Counted from the first letter of the stretch, positions 19,461 through 32,964 are shown. The stretch: DNA of 64,000 nucleotides from Rhynchopus sp. YZ270_cl-10 (GCA_964035575.1 OZ037838.1:1798001-1862000), one strand, 5' to 3'. Made by a program: numbers and translations. Notes: generated by a model not told the origin, from the sequence alone.

Positions 19461-20892
19461 TCATCATTAGGCCTTTGTATGAATTTCTCTTCATTGCCTC
19501 TTAAACATAAAAGCTGCCTTATGCACTGTGTCGAGCTCCGTTCGCTTTTTCTAAGATGTGTGTGCACGAGAGGAGACACTCATCTTACAAAAAAATTTCT
19601 CTTTCAGCACTCTCGTTTTTTGTACTCTTCGCTGATCCTTTTTTCTCAATGTGTATTTTTCTTCCTCCCCCGCGCTCTCTCTTTCACCATGTTCCTCTCT
19701 TCACCTTCCCAGCTACCTACCCTTTACTTTCCCATTCCCATCCACAGAATATTTGTTTTTTAGTTACCACGCCGTATTTGGCAACAATGCTCGATAAAAG
19801 ACCCTCGTGAAAAAGTCGCGGGTCTGCGTGTCCCTTGTGTTCCTCCTCTGTTTTTTTTTTGTGCTCCACAACACTTTCTGTACTTCAGGCAAACACATAC
19901 ATTTTGGCTTTCACCGTACTTATTTTTTATTAGTACCTGGTGTTCTGGTGGTGTTTTGCATATTTCAACTTTTTAACGATCACCAGTTGTGATCAATCAA
20001 GGTGACTCAGCACTTGGGGCTTAGGTTCATCTTATTAACTTTCCTTTATTACTCACCCCGACTTTGAGTTCACATTTTTATTTTATTTTCTCGGTTTTTG
20101 GTTTTTGCTCTCGAAATAAAACGTTTCGAAAGCTCCTACACACGGGACAGTGCCCTGCTCTCTGCTCTCTCCCCAGCCGCGTTGTGCAAAGCTGCACTTA
20201 TCTCTATTTGAATTTCTCTATTTTTCTCCACTTTTGTTATTTTGTTCTTTTCTTCGCGGATGTATCGTTTTTTTTTGAACGTCCTTTGCGTACTTTCTCT
20301 TCTTTGTCCACTATTTGGCTGGTAGCCCACCGCAACCCAACACCGCCAAACTCGGGTCAAAAAAAAGCAGAGAGTTTGTGGTGTGGCTGAAGGGGGTGTG
20401 ATTCGCACTTCTTCGCGCCCCCATTCAGCCATACCAGTTCGATTTTTTATTTTCTCTCTTTTGGATGGATGTGCACACCGAGGCACCATCAGTTCTTGTA
20501 CACAATGTCTTTCTTCTTTCAAGGTGAGGCAGACTCATCTTTCAACTTTCTGTTGTGTACAATGCTTGAAATGGTGTGGCTGGAACGACCCAAAAATAGT
20601 AGTTAACAGAGGGGTACAAAAGAATGTACTAAAGTTACGCTTTATTTTCGGCCCAGCCACACCACGAAAAGCAGCACTAATTTATGAACTTTTTTTTTCA
20701 AGTGACCAACGCACGTTAGTCGTAGGTTCATCTCATCGTTTTTTTTGCCACAACGGCCCAATGAAATAAAACCCTTATAATTCTCCTTTTGTGGTCTGAG
20801 GGGGGCATTTGGCCGATATCTTTTTACGTGCCTGCATCCACCTTTGGAGGTGTCTGTCACGTGAATCCACTTTTTTCTTTCTCTCAGGTGGT

Positions 20893-21693
20893 CAGGGTTT
20901 TTTCTAGGATTTTTTTTTTCTGATCTGGGGGGGGACGCAAAAAACCCACCCAAAAAATTTTTTTTTTCGCAGGTGCAAGCAGGGTTTCCGCTTATCTTCA
21001 TGGAATTTTTTTCCAAAACCGTGAAGATATGTCCAAAAAGGGGTCAAAATTTTTCCGGCTCCGCGCAAAAAAGTCCGTTCATTTCACGTAAATACGTGAT
21101 AACGTGGATGGTAACGTACATCAAGAACCAAACCAACCCTTTTTCTCATGTTCCACGGAACCTTCCCTCAATACAAGAAGAAACGGCGGTCATGATATCA
21201 GAACTTTTTGACGAAGCCACGGTACGCAACATTTCAAAAAATTGTGACCTAAAATTGAACATTTTTACAGCCAAACTATGGTAGAGGGCTGTGGTATTCC
21301 GCTCATAAGTTTTGAGCTGCGCCGCAGGCGCACGGTACGCTACTTTTTTTATTTTTGCCGATCCCTTATTCTCACTCTTTGTTCGGTACGTCAAATGGTG
21401 CAAAGATTGAGTGAATTGGGGGCACGGTCTGAAACTTCACCTCGCTATATCCTCTTCACAATGATGCCAGGAAGGGGATAAGACGCGCTCGACTCCCTGC
21501 CCCCCCTTTTTTTTTCTGGTGCAGGTTACGTACGTGGTGTCCCAAATGGGGGTCTGTGCGGGTGACCCCCAACCACCCCCCATATCCTTTTTTCCCAAGT
21601 CAAAATTCGTCCCCCCCCGGGGGGGGGACGAATTTCCCCCCAAAATCTGGGGGGGGACGCCGTCCCCCCCCGCTCCCCCTAGAAAAAACCCTG
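20893..21693. mobile_element. 801-bp MITE with 16-bp TIR CAGGGTTTTTTCTAGG and 6-bp TSD GGTGGT (hAT-like termini)
   Basis: Right end CCTAGAAAAAACCCTG; GGTGGT at 20887-20892 and 21694-21699. Confidence 0.8.
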
Positions 21694-23022
21694 GGTGGTA
21701 TTTCAGTAGTTCCCTTGGGAAGACGTACCGAGGACAGCTCTATACATGCCCGAACTGTCTTAGTGTGGTGTGTGGTTGGAATTCTCGTTTATTGGTTTTT
21801 TTTTTCTTATTCTTCTTCACAAGACGGTATCGTTTCTGAACGTCCTTTGTGCTTTCTCTTCTTCTGAACGGAAAGTGTCGTACAGTAATTAGCAAAATTT
21901 CCGCCAAGAAAAAGTCCCGCCATCGAATTCCGATCCGTCCCTTTGATATGCGGGACTTTGCTACTTATTGTATAAAAAATGTTGGACCGGAAAAATTACT
22001 AATTTGGCCCAAAATTTTCGTCCCAAACTTTTTTTTGGGTCCAGCTTTTTCTAGTCCAGCTTTTTTTTTTTATAATTACGGTGGTCTCTGAAATTAGTAT
22101 TCTTGGTGTGGCTGAATAGTGGGCGGCGCAAATGGTGCGCTGGAGACCCAGAAAAAAAGTGCACAAGAAGTGCGAATGACACTACTTCAGCCACACACAA
22201 CTTCTTATTTTCTTCTTTTTTTTGATATGAACCGTCAATTGCCTGCTATACAAATGCAGTGCAGTCACCTGACCAATTTCATTTTTTTTTGGAAGGTTCT
22301 TAATAACGAAAATACGTTCTCTAGTATACAGCAAGGGTGCTGTCCCAACCACTGGGGGTTCACCACTCAAGGTAGTGGGGAATTTCCCTTTCTTTTTGGT
22401 AAAAGGGGGCAGAGACAACAGAAAAAAAATATTGCTTTTCTTAATTTCTTTCTTCAAGATGTGTATGCACAGTGAGGCATATTCATCTACAACTTTTCTT
22501 TCTTTGTTCGTGATTTTCTGTTTTTAGTAAAGCATCTGGAGCTGGGGGGTCGGGGGGAGGGGAAAACAATTATTGTATTTTATAACAAACTAAATGCGAG
22601 AACAAAATTCTAACACTATTTATTTTGAATGTGTGTTTTTGGGTTTAAATAGCCGTTTAGGGGGGTTCTACTCCACTAAATAAATCGAGCAAAAATATGG
22701 TGAACTCAGAGGAGGGGGTCATTCGGTTCGAAAAACACAATTTTGGGCAATTAGAGCCAAAACAACACCCTAAAATACAAGAATCAGTTTTGGAAAATCC
22801 CACTTTTTGGCTGAGTGGGTAAAGTAACCAGACCAGGTTGTGAAAAATAGCTATTGGTTTTTTTTTGATTGGGAAGATCGAGCGCGAAAACGTCCAAATA
22901 CGTCATTTTTTTTGGAAAAAAATTACCCAGCAATTTTTCTAAATACAAGGTCCCCGACCCCCATTTTCACAAAAAAAATTGGCCTATTTCTACAGCCATA
23001 TTTGTACGGCAAATCTCTTTAG

Positions 23023-24240
23023 CCACCCCAAAAATGATTTTCTGGGGGGTTTTGGGTGGTTTTGGGGCGAAATGCACCCTTTTTGACCATTTTTATGGTA
23101 TTTTTAGGCTATTTTGGGTCATTTTCAGGCTATTTTGGCCTATTTTCACTGTATGACCGGTTTTTTGGGTTTTATGACGTTTGAGCACCAACAGGTGCCA
23201 CGAAACACCCCAGTACCGGTTTTGTGGGTCTCCTGTGGGGTTTTGGGGGTGAAATATACCTTTTGCTTTATGTTCTGGGCCATATTGGGGTGTTTTTTGG
23301 CCGTGTAGGCCTGGTATGTGCCACCTACAGTGCATGGGCCAATTTGGGTGTTTTGGGGGGTAGAGGGCCATGGTGGTGGGTTCCTTACTCGCTGGCGGCG
23401 ACGCTTATTGCTCACTGTTCTGGCCCCATTTCCCCCATTTCACCCCTCCCCGACCCTTTTCTGACGAAGATCTGTGAAGTGCTGGGTCCTGTCGCAAATG
23501 TTCTTTGTGAACGTTCTTACACAGAATAGGGGAGTATGAGGGGGGTCAAAATAGCCATTTTTGACCAAAAACACAATTTATTTGACGCCATGAGGCCTCC
23601 GTTGGCCCAAAAATGCCCCAAAAATGGGCTGTGAGCCCATTCCGACCTGTTTTGGACACATTTGACACTTTTATTGGTGCTTTTTTGGTGTTGTTTGGTC
23701 AAAAATGGCTATTTTGACCCCCCTCATACTCCCCTATTCTGTGTAAGAACGTTCACAAAGAACATTTGCGACAGGACCCAGCACTTCACAGATCTTCGTC
23801 AGAAAAGGGTCGGGGAGGGGTGAAATGGGGGAAATGGGGCCAGAACAGTGAGCAATAAGCGTCGCCGCCAGCGAGTAAGGAACCCACCACCATGGCCCTC
23901 TACCCCCCAAAACACCCAAATTGGCCCATGCACTGTAGGTGGCACATACCAGGCCTACACGGCCAAAAAACACCCCAATATGGCCCAGAACATAAAGCAA
24001 AAGGTATATTTCACCCCCAAAACCCCACAGGAGACCCACAAAACCGGTACTGGGGTGTTTCGTGGCACCTGTTGGTGCTCAAACGTCATAAAACCCAAAA
24101 AACCGGTCATACAGTGAAAATAGGCCAAAATAGCCTGAAAATGACCCAAAATAGCCTAAAAATACCATAAAAATGGTCAAAAAGGGTGCATTTCGCCCCA
24201 AAACCACCCAAAACCCCCCAGAAAATCATTTTTGGGGTGG
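23023..24240. repeat. Long inverted repeat: 547-bp arms (23023-23569, 23694-24240), 124-bp spacer
   Basis: Mirror ORFs have identical translations and their coordinates all sum to 47263 (no indels); no TSD seen. Confidence 0.92.
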
Positions 24241-24342
24241 TTCCGGACCTCAGACTGCAAAAAAACTGCCTAAATCATGAAAAAAACACTTTTGAACTTT
24301 TGAGGGGGGGGGGGGGGGGGTTTTTGAAATCGACCCATATTA

Positions 24343-24706
24343 GGGGTATGGACAGTCTGGTAACCCCAGGTTTTGACTTTTGGACAGTTTTGGACGGTGC
24401 AAAAGGTTTGCGATAAAGAATCACAATCCATAACCACAAGGTTTGCATTTGGGACAATTCAGCTGAACACTTACCCAGGTACCGCGTGTACAACCTATAT
24501 ATCCTAGTATACAGTGGCACACGCCCCTACTAAATTGCCATTCTTCAAGATCATGCACTGGGCCAAAATTGCGCTGACAAAACCACCCACAAGGAGTGTG
24601 AATTGTGCGCTCTGCATGGCTCTGAACTGTCTTTATCGCAAACCTTTTTTGTACCGAAATAACTGTCCAAAAGTCAAACCTGGGGGTACCAGACTGTCGT
24701 TGTCTC
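24343..24706. mobile_element. Short, degenerate relative of the 17265-19070 element
   Basis: GGGGTATGGACAGTCTGGTAACCCCAGGTTTTGACTTTTGGAC on the left and GTCCAAAAGTCAAACCTGGGGGTACCAGACTGTC on the right resemble that element's termini. Confidence 0.6.
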
Positions 24707-25454
24707 TAGTATTCCCCCATGGAACCTCCCTAGGCATCCTCCCACCCACACTTTTATCTTCACATTCACCTTATTTTTTGTAAAAAATACATCCAGAGAA
24801 ATCTGGAAAAATAAAAGCAACACAAAAAAAAAAATCACTGGATTCAAAAAGCTGTTGTGTCCTAAAATGAACAATTTAAATCGGCTCTTCTTTTTTGAGG
24901 TTCAGAGGAAAACGTCTGATGTTCTTTCTGCAAAACTCTTTTGTTGAATGCATCATATCGTCCTTGTGGTCTGATTGATCTTTGGGTCGACACTAACGCT
25001 CAACACTCCAGCGAAACAGAGAATACACGGCGGACTGGCCATGGTCATCACTAGTACTTTACCTGGTCCATTTTTGACCGGTTCATCTGAGATAACGTAC
25101 TAATATTTTGTACTGGCTACATTACAGAAAATAGAGAATAACGTTTTATTTCGAAATACTCTCACGCTTGAAACATAATGCCAAATGCAGCGACCTTGTG
25201 TGTTCTATTAAAAAGTAATTGCATAGGGTTGAAGCATGTTACTTGACGCATATTTCCCTTTGAAATTCATTTTTTGCCTTTTCGGGTGACTTTGTTTGTT
25301 CAGAGCCACGAAACGTACGTTCCATGATGTACCATTCTTACCAAAATATCTTTATATTTTTCCCCCACAACAGGTCCTGTCGGTCAACAAACTTACGTAC
25401 AAAAGCTTTTTTGCCCGAAACGTGTCCAATCCACAATCTTTTTTAAATTTTATA

Positions 25455-27230
25455 CATAGCGCTCCAATTAGACTCTAACTAGATAATTAGAGTCGGCAGT
25501 TCGAGTATAATTAGAGTCTTTAAAACTCTAACTGAACTCTAATACTCTAACTGGACTCTAATTAGAGTCTAATTAGAGTCCTATAAGAGGGTCAATAAAG
25601 AGGGGCACATCAATCAATGCTATAGCCATCAACCCAGGGGGCATAGCTAGTGCAAGAAATTCGACTTTGTAATCCAGAAAGTCTGTTCTCTGCTTGCAGA
25701 GAACCAGACACAAGAAAATATTGTTTGTTCCCCCAGAAAACCAGTGCACAATTCACACTCCTTGTGGGTGGTCTTATTGCCTTTCCCTCCCTCCCTAGCA
25801 CTTTCCCTCCCTCCCTGGCCGGACCCCAGGGAGTTTACTTTCCGCAAAAAAATTTTTTTTTGGCAAAGACAATTTTCAGCCAAAAAAAAATTTTTTTTTT
25901 GGGCTCACATGGGCCCAAAAATGCAACAAACCGAAAAATTTTGATGTTTTGAGCACCACATATTTACCAACTGGTTACTTTCCCTTTGGGAAAGTGATCT
26001 CCCCGGGAAATCACTTTCCGGGGGGGGAAAATAGCACTTTTTTGCATTTTAACGCTCGGGAAAGTGCCTAGTCGGGAGGTAAAGCCTCATCCCTCCCTCC
26101 CAAGGCCCCTCGGGAACCCCTCGGGAAAACAAAAAATGCCTCGGGCCTTCGGCCCTCGCTGCATTTTTTATTTTCCCTCTGGGATCCCTCGGGACCTATG
26201 GGAGGGAGGGAAATAGCTATTTTAGCACAGGCATTTTGGCCCAGGGGCATGCACTTGAAGCATGGCTATTTAGTGTGTATGGGGCAGTGTTGTTTTGTTA
26301 TGAATTCTCTTTGGTATTGTCGATCGCGGGTAGTTGTTCAACGCGAGGCTTGGATCTCTCCTGGGTTCATAAGTAGTATTTCTTCGGATGAAATGAACGT
26401 ATGCTCGCTATAGATTTCCCGTCAACACAGCCTTTGATACTGGGATTACCCCTTCGACCCCTTAGTGGTAGTTAAATTCGATTGATATTTACATTCCTAC
26501 AGATGAAAGAACAAGACACCACTTCTGTACCCGCGCATCAACATTTGTAGAAAATTTTGCACCCCAAACACCTTCAATAATGCCCGCCAAAAGGCGCCCC
26601 TTGTTGCTGGGAGTTTCTCATGTTTGATACCTGCACAGCAGGCATTCCTCTGAGTCCAACGCTGCTTGGCCTGTCTGCGGCGTTGCACCGAAGGTGCACA
26701 TAGAGTTTTTGCATCGCATTCCCTAATGTATGGGGCACTCACACTTGAGGGCATGTGCCACTGCGCGGGTCTGAGTACCTGGGTACCCATAGCTGAGAAT
26801 AAGCCGAGTCCCGGTACTGGGTACTAGGTACAGTAGGACTAGGACTAGGCCCCCACCCTCCCGCGACCGGGTCCCCGACCCGCTTTCAGGCGGACCACAG
26901 CGCCTTCACATATTGTGTCCCAGTCCGGCTGAGAACTCGGTTCCCCAAGTCTTATTTTCAGCTATGTGGGTATCTGGGCACCTGGGTCCTACAGAGGAAC
27001 CTTAGGGGAACCGGTTCCTTACGGCGTTTGCACCTACAAGAAGCCTGTTGTTTTACTCTAATTAGACTATAATTAGAGTGTAGTTAGAGTCTAATTATGC
27101 TCTAACTGCACTCTAATTATAGTCTAATTGAAGAAAAGCGACTCTAATTATACTCTAACTGGACTCTAACTGACTTGGCCCAAAATCCCAGACTCTAATT
27201 ATACCCTAATACTCTAATTAGAGCGCTATG
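25455..27230. mobile_element. TIR element with CATAGCGCTC termini and subterminal CTCTAATTAGAG-type repeats; contains nested inserts
   Basis: Left CATAGCGCTCCAATTAG, right CTAATTAGAGCGCTATG, both flanked by TATA (symmetry extends to 25445/27240); ACTCTAATTAG repeats at 25460-25580 and 27055-27225. Confidence 0.6.
26788..26966. mobile_element. 179-bp hAT-like MITE
   Basis: TIR CATAGCTGAGAATAAG / CTTATTTTCAGCTATG; 8-bp flanks TGGGTACC / TGGGTATC; interior shares CACATATTGTGTCCCAGTCCGGCTGAGAA-like sequence with 42419-43254. Confidence 0.75.
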
Positions 27231-28816
27231 TATAAAATTTCAATATTTTTACAACGTGACCACAACACTACTGAACTTTGGTTCAATCATCCAACCCTTT
27301 AAAGCAAAGGAGCACCGTGCTCGGGTACCCCTTTATGTAACGCTCTTCAGTCTTTTCCCCTTTTAGGGCTTCATGCCTTTGAACGGTTCACAATTCTCAG
27401 GGTTCCTGGATGGTGAGGCCTATCAGCCGAGAAGTCTTCCAACAAGACTTCGTTGTCGTGATGAAGCATGAGTGGCTTTTATTGACACTGCCCTGGACGC
27501 GTCTACAATGAAGTGCCAACTGGGAACTGTTACGAACAAGAGGAATCCAACTGGTTCCATGTCATGAATCCTGTGTCAACTCTTCTGAATTAGTTATGAA
27601 AAGACGCTCGAACCCTCTGCCAAAACCAGTACCACATCTGGGACACTGCAGCTCTGATTCGTGTGCAAAGAACTGTTGAATGAATGTTTAATTTTGGTGT
27701 AATAAGTGATAGTGGTCTTAGCCAGCCATAGACATCTTGCCAACTTTACTCTTTTGTTTTTTCTCTTATTTTGCATCCTCAAACCAATCCCTCTGTTATT
27801 AGCACTATTTTTTTTACGACATACAGTAAGCTTCAGCTTCAGGGTTTTCGATCTGAATTGAGTCAGGATTTTTGGTCCATTCAGCCCTGACTCGACGATC
27901 GACCCTGATTTTCCGACTTAGGTTCATCTTACAGATTTTTCATATTGTTTCATTTAATTTGGTCCAACGTGGCACTGCTCCTCGCACAGCTTCTTTTTCC
28001 CCAGTGCCTGCGCATACTATAACATGAGTCTTAAAACAACGCCTTTTTTTGGCCATTTTTCAGTTTTTTCTTCCAATTCTTACATCATATCCTGCCCTCG
28101 CGGAAGGAACTGGAAAAATGGTTGGTAGGGAAGTCTGGTAATAGTAGGAACCCATCCCCGAAAATGTTTGGGACCTTTGAGTAACTACTTGACAACTAGA
28201 TTGGGACTTTTTCCAGTTCAATCTTTTTCCGGTCAGGACTAAGTGCTGGATGTGCACTGTGACGGCGTGCTCCATGATTGGTTCACGTCGTGTTGGCGTC
28301 GTGAGGCTCTTGGCAGCTATATTATAATAAGCGTGTCATGCTTTTTTTATAATTTCATTTCACTCCATCGTGGTGCGTATCTCGTAAGGTTTGTGGAGGA
28401 TTCTGAAGAATATTCGCTGCACCAGTATGATGTGGCGACCATGTCCTGTGTGCGTGAGTTCTCCGACGACTCTGACGTGTCATGATTTCTGGTAGGTTTG
28501 TTACTATTGTTTTTTGAACGTTTCCTCCCACCCCTCCCCCCATGCGCTCCGACAAAGGAACGAGAAGCAATAGTATCAGAGATGAGGTTTTGTGTATCAG
28601 TTTTGAGAAGCAAAAAGAATGTATTGGGGTGTATTGTTGGTTCTTTTCTGTTTTATCTTGTAAATGGTGCACCAGAGACAGTAATATCACAGTGATAGTG
28701 CGTGCCATGCAGGCCATTTGACCCACCGCAGGAAGGCTGCTCTTTCATCAGTGCTGTTGCAATAGTGCTGCTGACACACACCTTTCCCACCCCACCCTGC
28801 AGACACACACACCACC

Positions 28817-31228
28817 ATGGAAATACGTAAGTTCAAACCAACTTGCACAATCAATCTGACATGGCTGATTGCCATGGCGACAGCATTCTCCACGTGTGCG
28901 TCGATTGCCGGCGGGATGATCATGTACTTCGAGTCTGTCGCAGCGCTGGAGAAGACGATTGAAGAAGTGTCTCGTGCTGAGTGTTCTAGTGTCCAGTTGG
29001 ACCTCTTGAAGAGCGTAGAGGAGGCAGAGTCCATTGTGTACAAGACTGAGAGGTTTTTGTTTACGTCCGTGATCAAGTCCCAAGGTCCTATCGTGGCTGA
29101 CGAAAATGGGTTCCTGAATGTCTCGAAGTCGGACAGCACTGACTGGGTTGAGATGATTCGGCGCTACAAGTTTGGCGCAATCCGGCGCAGCAAGCATCTC
29201 TACTCCATCGGTGTTGTGCTGATACCTCACGTGAGGACGGACTCGGCTGGCATCTACACGAACGTGTGGTTCGATCTGAAGGCGGGAAACGAGCGTGAGT
29301 TTGTTTGGGGCCGCTCTGGGAACATGATTGAAGGGGCGAACAACACACATCTGACACTGGCACGAACAGACAAGCTGGACGAGGAGTCTGGCGAGATTAC
29401 TGGGTTTGCGTACAACTTCCCTGCCATCGGACGGTTCATTAACTACGCAACCTATACATTCGCTGACGGCACAGAGCTCAACTTAACGAATTGGCCTGCA
29501 GACTACGCACCACGTGGCTGGTCGCAGGGCACCTATGGCGCACAGGCCCAGCGCTGGCGCTACCCTTCCACATGGTACGCCTCGGACAACAACCCTTACG
29601 TGTACAACTCATATGACGTTGTCTTCGCACCCCCACCCCCACCACACCCGTGGTCGGCTTACAAGTACATCTACATCAGCGGCTTCTTCATCTTCACGCC
29701 TTGGGAGGAGGCCATGGCCCAGTACGGACGGGACCACCCGGGAACAGAGGTAATCGTCTTCGACGCGACCACCGAGTTCGTGTATGCTACTTCAGACAAC
29801 AGAGCCATGATTGACAAGTCGTGCGTCGCGGGTGGGCGCACGGACACGCCACTGGAGGACTGTGTTGTGATGATTTCGCACATGCCCAAGGTGATTCGGG
29901 ACGCGTGGAAGGAAGTCAAAGACGAGGAGGACACCTTTCGCATCACTGATCTCGACGGCGAGAAGCACTTCGTGCGCAGGGCACCCCTCTTCCGCTTCAC
30001 GCCCGAGGGAGGCAAAGACGAGAGCATCCCTGCACCCATGAACGCCTGCATCCTCTGGGTGCGCCCGTACTCTTCTGTCGAGGGTGAGGTGAAGAACGCG
30101 CTGTACCTCTTGATCGGCTTCTCTGCCGCAGTGTTGCTCCTGGACGTGGTGCTTGCAGTGTGTGAGGTGCTTGTGGTCGGTGTGCCGCTGATAAAGCTAT
30201 CTGCTGCGATGACACACCTGCACGACATGGACCTCGTCAACGCACTGCGGTGCACAGACGCCGCACGCACACAGGCCATTGCTGTCACGCAAATCCGCAA
30301 CGTGATCAACGGCCTTCTCTTCGCTGTGCGGAACCTTGGGCAGTACAAAGCGTTCCTCCCGTCGTCGCTTTTTCAGGAGGAGGACACCGCCGATGATGGG
30401 TCGAGCGAGACTTCCGTCACAAAGGATACTGGCAGTAAGGGCAGCGGTGACTCCAGCACATCACCTGCGTCCCGCTGCAGTGCCGTTGTGCGCGCAAACG
30501 TGACTCAGCTGCAGACTGTGTCTGCCAAGGGTGCGCTGCTTGCGGTGCGTGTTGTTGCTGCAGAGGTGGGGCACGCGGAGTACACAACACTGATCGGATA
30601 CCTGCAGGACGTTGTCTCAGCAAGGCGTGGGATGCTGCACGGTATCCAGGCTGTAGAGCACACTCTGTTCCACATCTCGTGGGGGCTGACAGCACGCTGC
30701 ACGCTGTCCTCCTGTGTGAAGTACGCAAGCGAAGTCGCCTCGTTGCTGCCGAATGCACCCACACGCGTGTCCTCTGCTATCGTGTCGGGCTCGTTCCATG
30801 TCGGCAACGTCGGGAACAGCACTCTGCGTGGTGTTGCTGTGTGCGGTACTGAAACCTCAAAGCTGGCCGCCTTCCAAGCCTTCTCCGCACACTGCATGGT
30901 GCTGTCCAAGTCAGCTTCGGTGACAGTACTCAGCAGAAGGGCGGCTTCTGTTCTGGAGGGACAGTTCCTCACCCACTACCTGTGCAAAGCCTTAGGTGAC
31001 AGGATGTGCGAGCTTGGTGCACAAAGCGTCCAGAAGAACGAGGAATGGATGTACACAGTGGACCGCGACCAGTCCACAAGGGACCCCATACAGAGGCACG
31101 TAGATGATGGACTTCCCTTCAAAGATGTGTCGAAGCAGCACATGACAGATCTGCAACAACTTCTCTTCGAGTCAGCTGAAGACGTGAACATGGTGTGGTC
31201 TGTCGCCGGAAGGCTGGGCCCAGCATAA
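28817..31228 (+). CDS. Receptor-type cyclase-like protein, copy B (803 aa)
   Basis: Intact paralog of 14646-17078. Confidence 0.8.
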   Translation: MEIRKFKPTCTINLTWLIAMATAFSTCASIAGGMIMYFESVAALEKTIEEVSRAECSSVQLDLLKSVEEAESIVYKTERFLFTSVIKSQGPIVADENGFLNVSKSDSTDWVEMIRRYKFGAIRRSKHLYSIGVVLIPHVRTDSAGIYTNVWFDLKAGNEREFVWGRSGNMIEGANNTHLTLARTDKLDEESGEITGFAYNFPAIGRFINYATYTFADGTELNLTNWPADYAPRGWSQGTYGAQAQRWRYPSTWYASDNNPYVYNSYDVVFAPPPPPHPWSAYKYIYISGFFIFTPWEEAMAQYGRDHPGTEVIVFDATTEFVYATSDNRAMIDKSCVAGGRTDTPLEDCVVMISHMPKVIRDAWKEVKDEEDTFRITDLDGEKHFVRRAPLFRFTPEGGKDESIPAPMNACILWVRPYSSVEGEVKNALYLLIGFSAAVLLLDVVLAVCEVLVVGVPLIKLSAAMTHLHDMDLVNALRCTDAARTQAIAVTQIRNVINGLLFAVRNLGQYKAFLPSSLFQEEDTADDGSSETSVTKDTGSKGSGDSSTSPASRCSAVVRANVTQLQTVSAKGALLAVRVVAAEVGHAEYTTLIGYLQDVVSARRGMLHGIQAVEHTLFHISWGLTARCTLSSCVKYASEVASLLPNAPTRVSSAIVSGSFHVGNVGNSTLRGVAVCGTETSKLAAFQAFSAHCMVLSKSASVTVLSRRAASVLEGQFLTHYLCKALGDRMCELGAQSVQKNEEWMYTVDRDQSTRDPIQRHVDDGLPFKDVSKQHMTDLQQLLFESAEDVNMVWSVAGRLGPA

Positions 31229-32964
31229 ATCCAATGTTTTTTTAGTGTACGTGTGGTGTGTGGTTGTGATGGGCCGAATTAATTTTTTTTGGTCGACCAC
31301 AGTTGACAGGGGGTAACGCTACGGATGCTCTAACTGTTTCCATCCACTCATTTTTATTCCTCCCTTCTTACACGTCCCCCGTTTGTACCCCTTTTGTCAG
31401 TTGTGCACGCGTTTAGGAAGGCAACTTCCTCCACGCAACGACTTGTCCTAAAATACCCCATTTAACATAAGTGATGTGATCGCAGATATGATTCTCCACC
31501 CCGCAGGGGGTCTGGCGAGTAGTTCCGAGGGGTTTTGGACACTTCTGTGATTATCTGAGCACTTTTTTTTAGGTGAAAAAGCTTATATAAGTTAACGGTG
31601 CTTGGTCTTGCGCCTTGCGTACACTAACCTGTACAAAGCCCGGACGGTTGGATTGCTTTGAAATGAAAATGGTCAAATTTTTGCAACTTGAGTTAAGTTT
31701 CATTTTTGGCTGCACAATGCAGGGGAATCTCCTTAGACCTTATCAAATAGCACCGTAGGCAAGGAAGAAAATAGCGTCCAGCGAGAAACGTGAAAAGTCG
31801 CGCGTCTGCGTATCCGCTTCCCGCTTGTTTTCCCCCTCTATTCCCCCCTGTGCTCCACGACACTTTCTGTACTTCAGGCAAACACAACCATATCGTAAAT
31901 CAAGTCGAAGAAAAAGAAAAGAAAAGAAGAAGAAAAAAAAGTCCACACCCACGAGGCGAGCGTTTTGGCAGGCGCTTGTTAGGACAGCCAAAAGACTTGG
32001 ATCTGAGTGCAGAAGTGGTGTGGAAGCGAACAACAAACAACCTTAATTTTCCCCCCCCCCGTTTATAGTCTTTTGAGCAACAAAGCAAAGAGGAACGAGT
32101 CTCTCGAGCATTTTTGAGGTATACCTCCGCGAGCGCAGCGAGCAGATAATTTTTTAGGTGCCATCATGCCATCATGCCATCTGGGGGGGAAATCCCCAGG
32201 TGATGGATAGCGAAAGCCCTGCCCCACCACCCACACTTTTGTGGATGGACTATCGACGTCTATCGTGCACCAAGCGTTGGGTGCAGCGAACTGCAGTAAG
32301 CTCACAACGGAAGGTGGGCCTCAGGCTGACGAGCGGTTGTGTCCCGCCCTCGTTCTCTTACGGGAAGGTCTACTTAGCTTTCTTTTACATCTGTTGTTAT
32401 AGGCCGCAGGGTACTTATGCTTTCATCCGGGGCTGGCATCGTACGTGGGTCAGTCGGAGGTGCCTGCATCAATAACTTCACTTTTTTGTCAGGGGGAGAA
32501 GCTTGTGAGCAGCGCAGGTTGCGCAGGTTTTTTTCCAGAACGTATCGTATTATGTGTATTATAACGCGATACGTGGGATAGTCATGTATTTGCCAATACA
32601 GACGGTGTGTGCAGGTTTGAACAGGAGGGTTGTCCTGGGTGGGTAACATTGTAACTCTCATTGCACCTATTTTCAGTGCAGGCGCTATGTTGGGAACTGC
32701 TGAATAAATTATAGCTTTATATTTCAGCTCCACTTTCGTGGCTCATGTTTGTGTTCTTCATATTTTTCTCCGTGCCTAAGCGATTCTACACATCATCGTG
32801 ACATCGTCATAACATAAGAGCATAGCATGAGAAGCGCATGTCATTATGACGTGTACCACGTGTCAATCTGTACAGGACTGTACGGTTTTTCTATTTAATT
32901 AAAATCAGTTTTGCGAATTAAACAAAATGTATCTGTATTCAAATCTTTGTGTTCTTACTTCTAT

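Noticed and set aside
19872..19890. TTTCTGTACTTCA (also ~31864) resembling the euglenozoan spliced-leader 3' half
   Set aside because: Only a short match; no SL 5' part or TTG/GT donor; it lies in a dispersed repeat.
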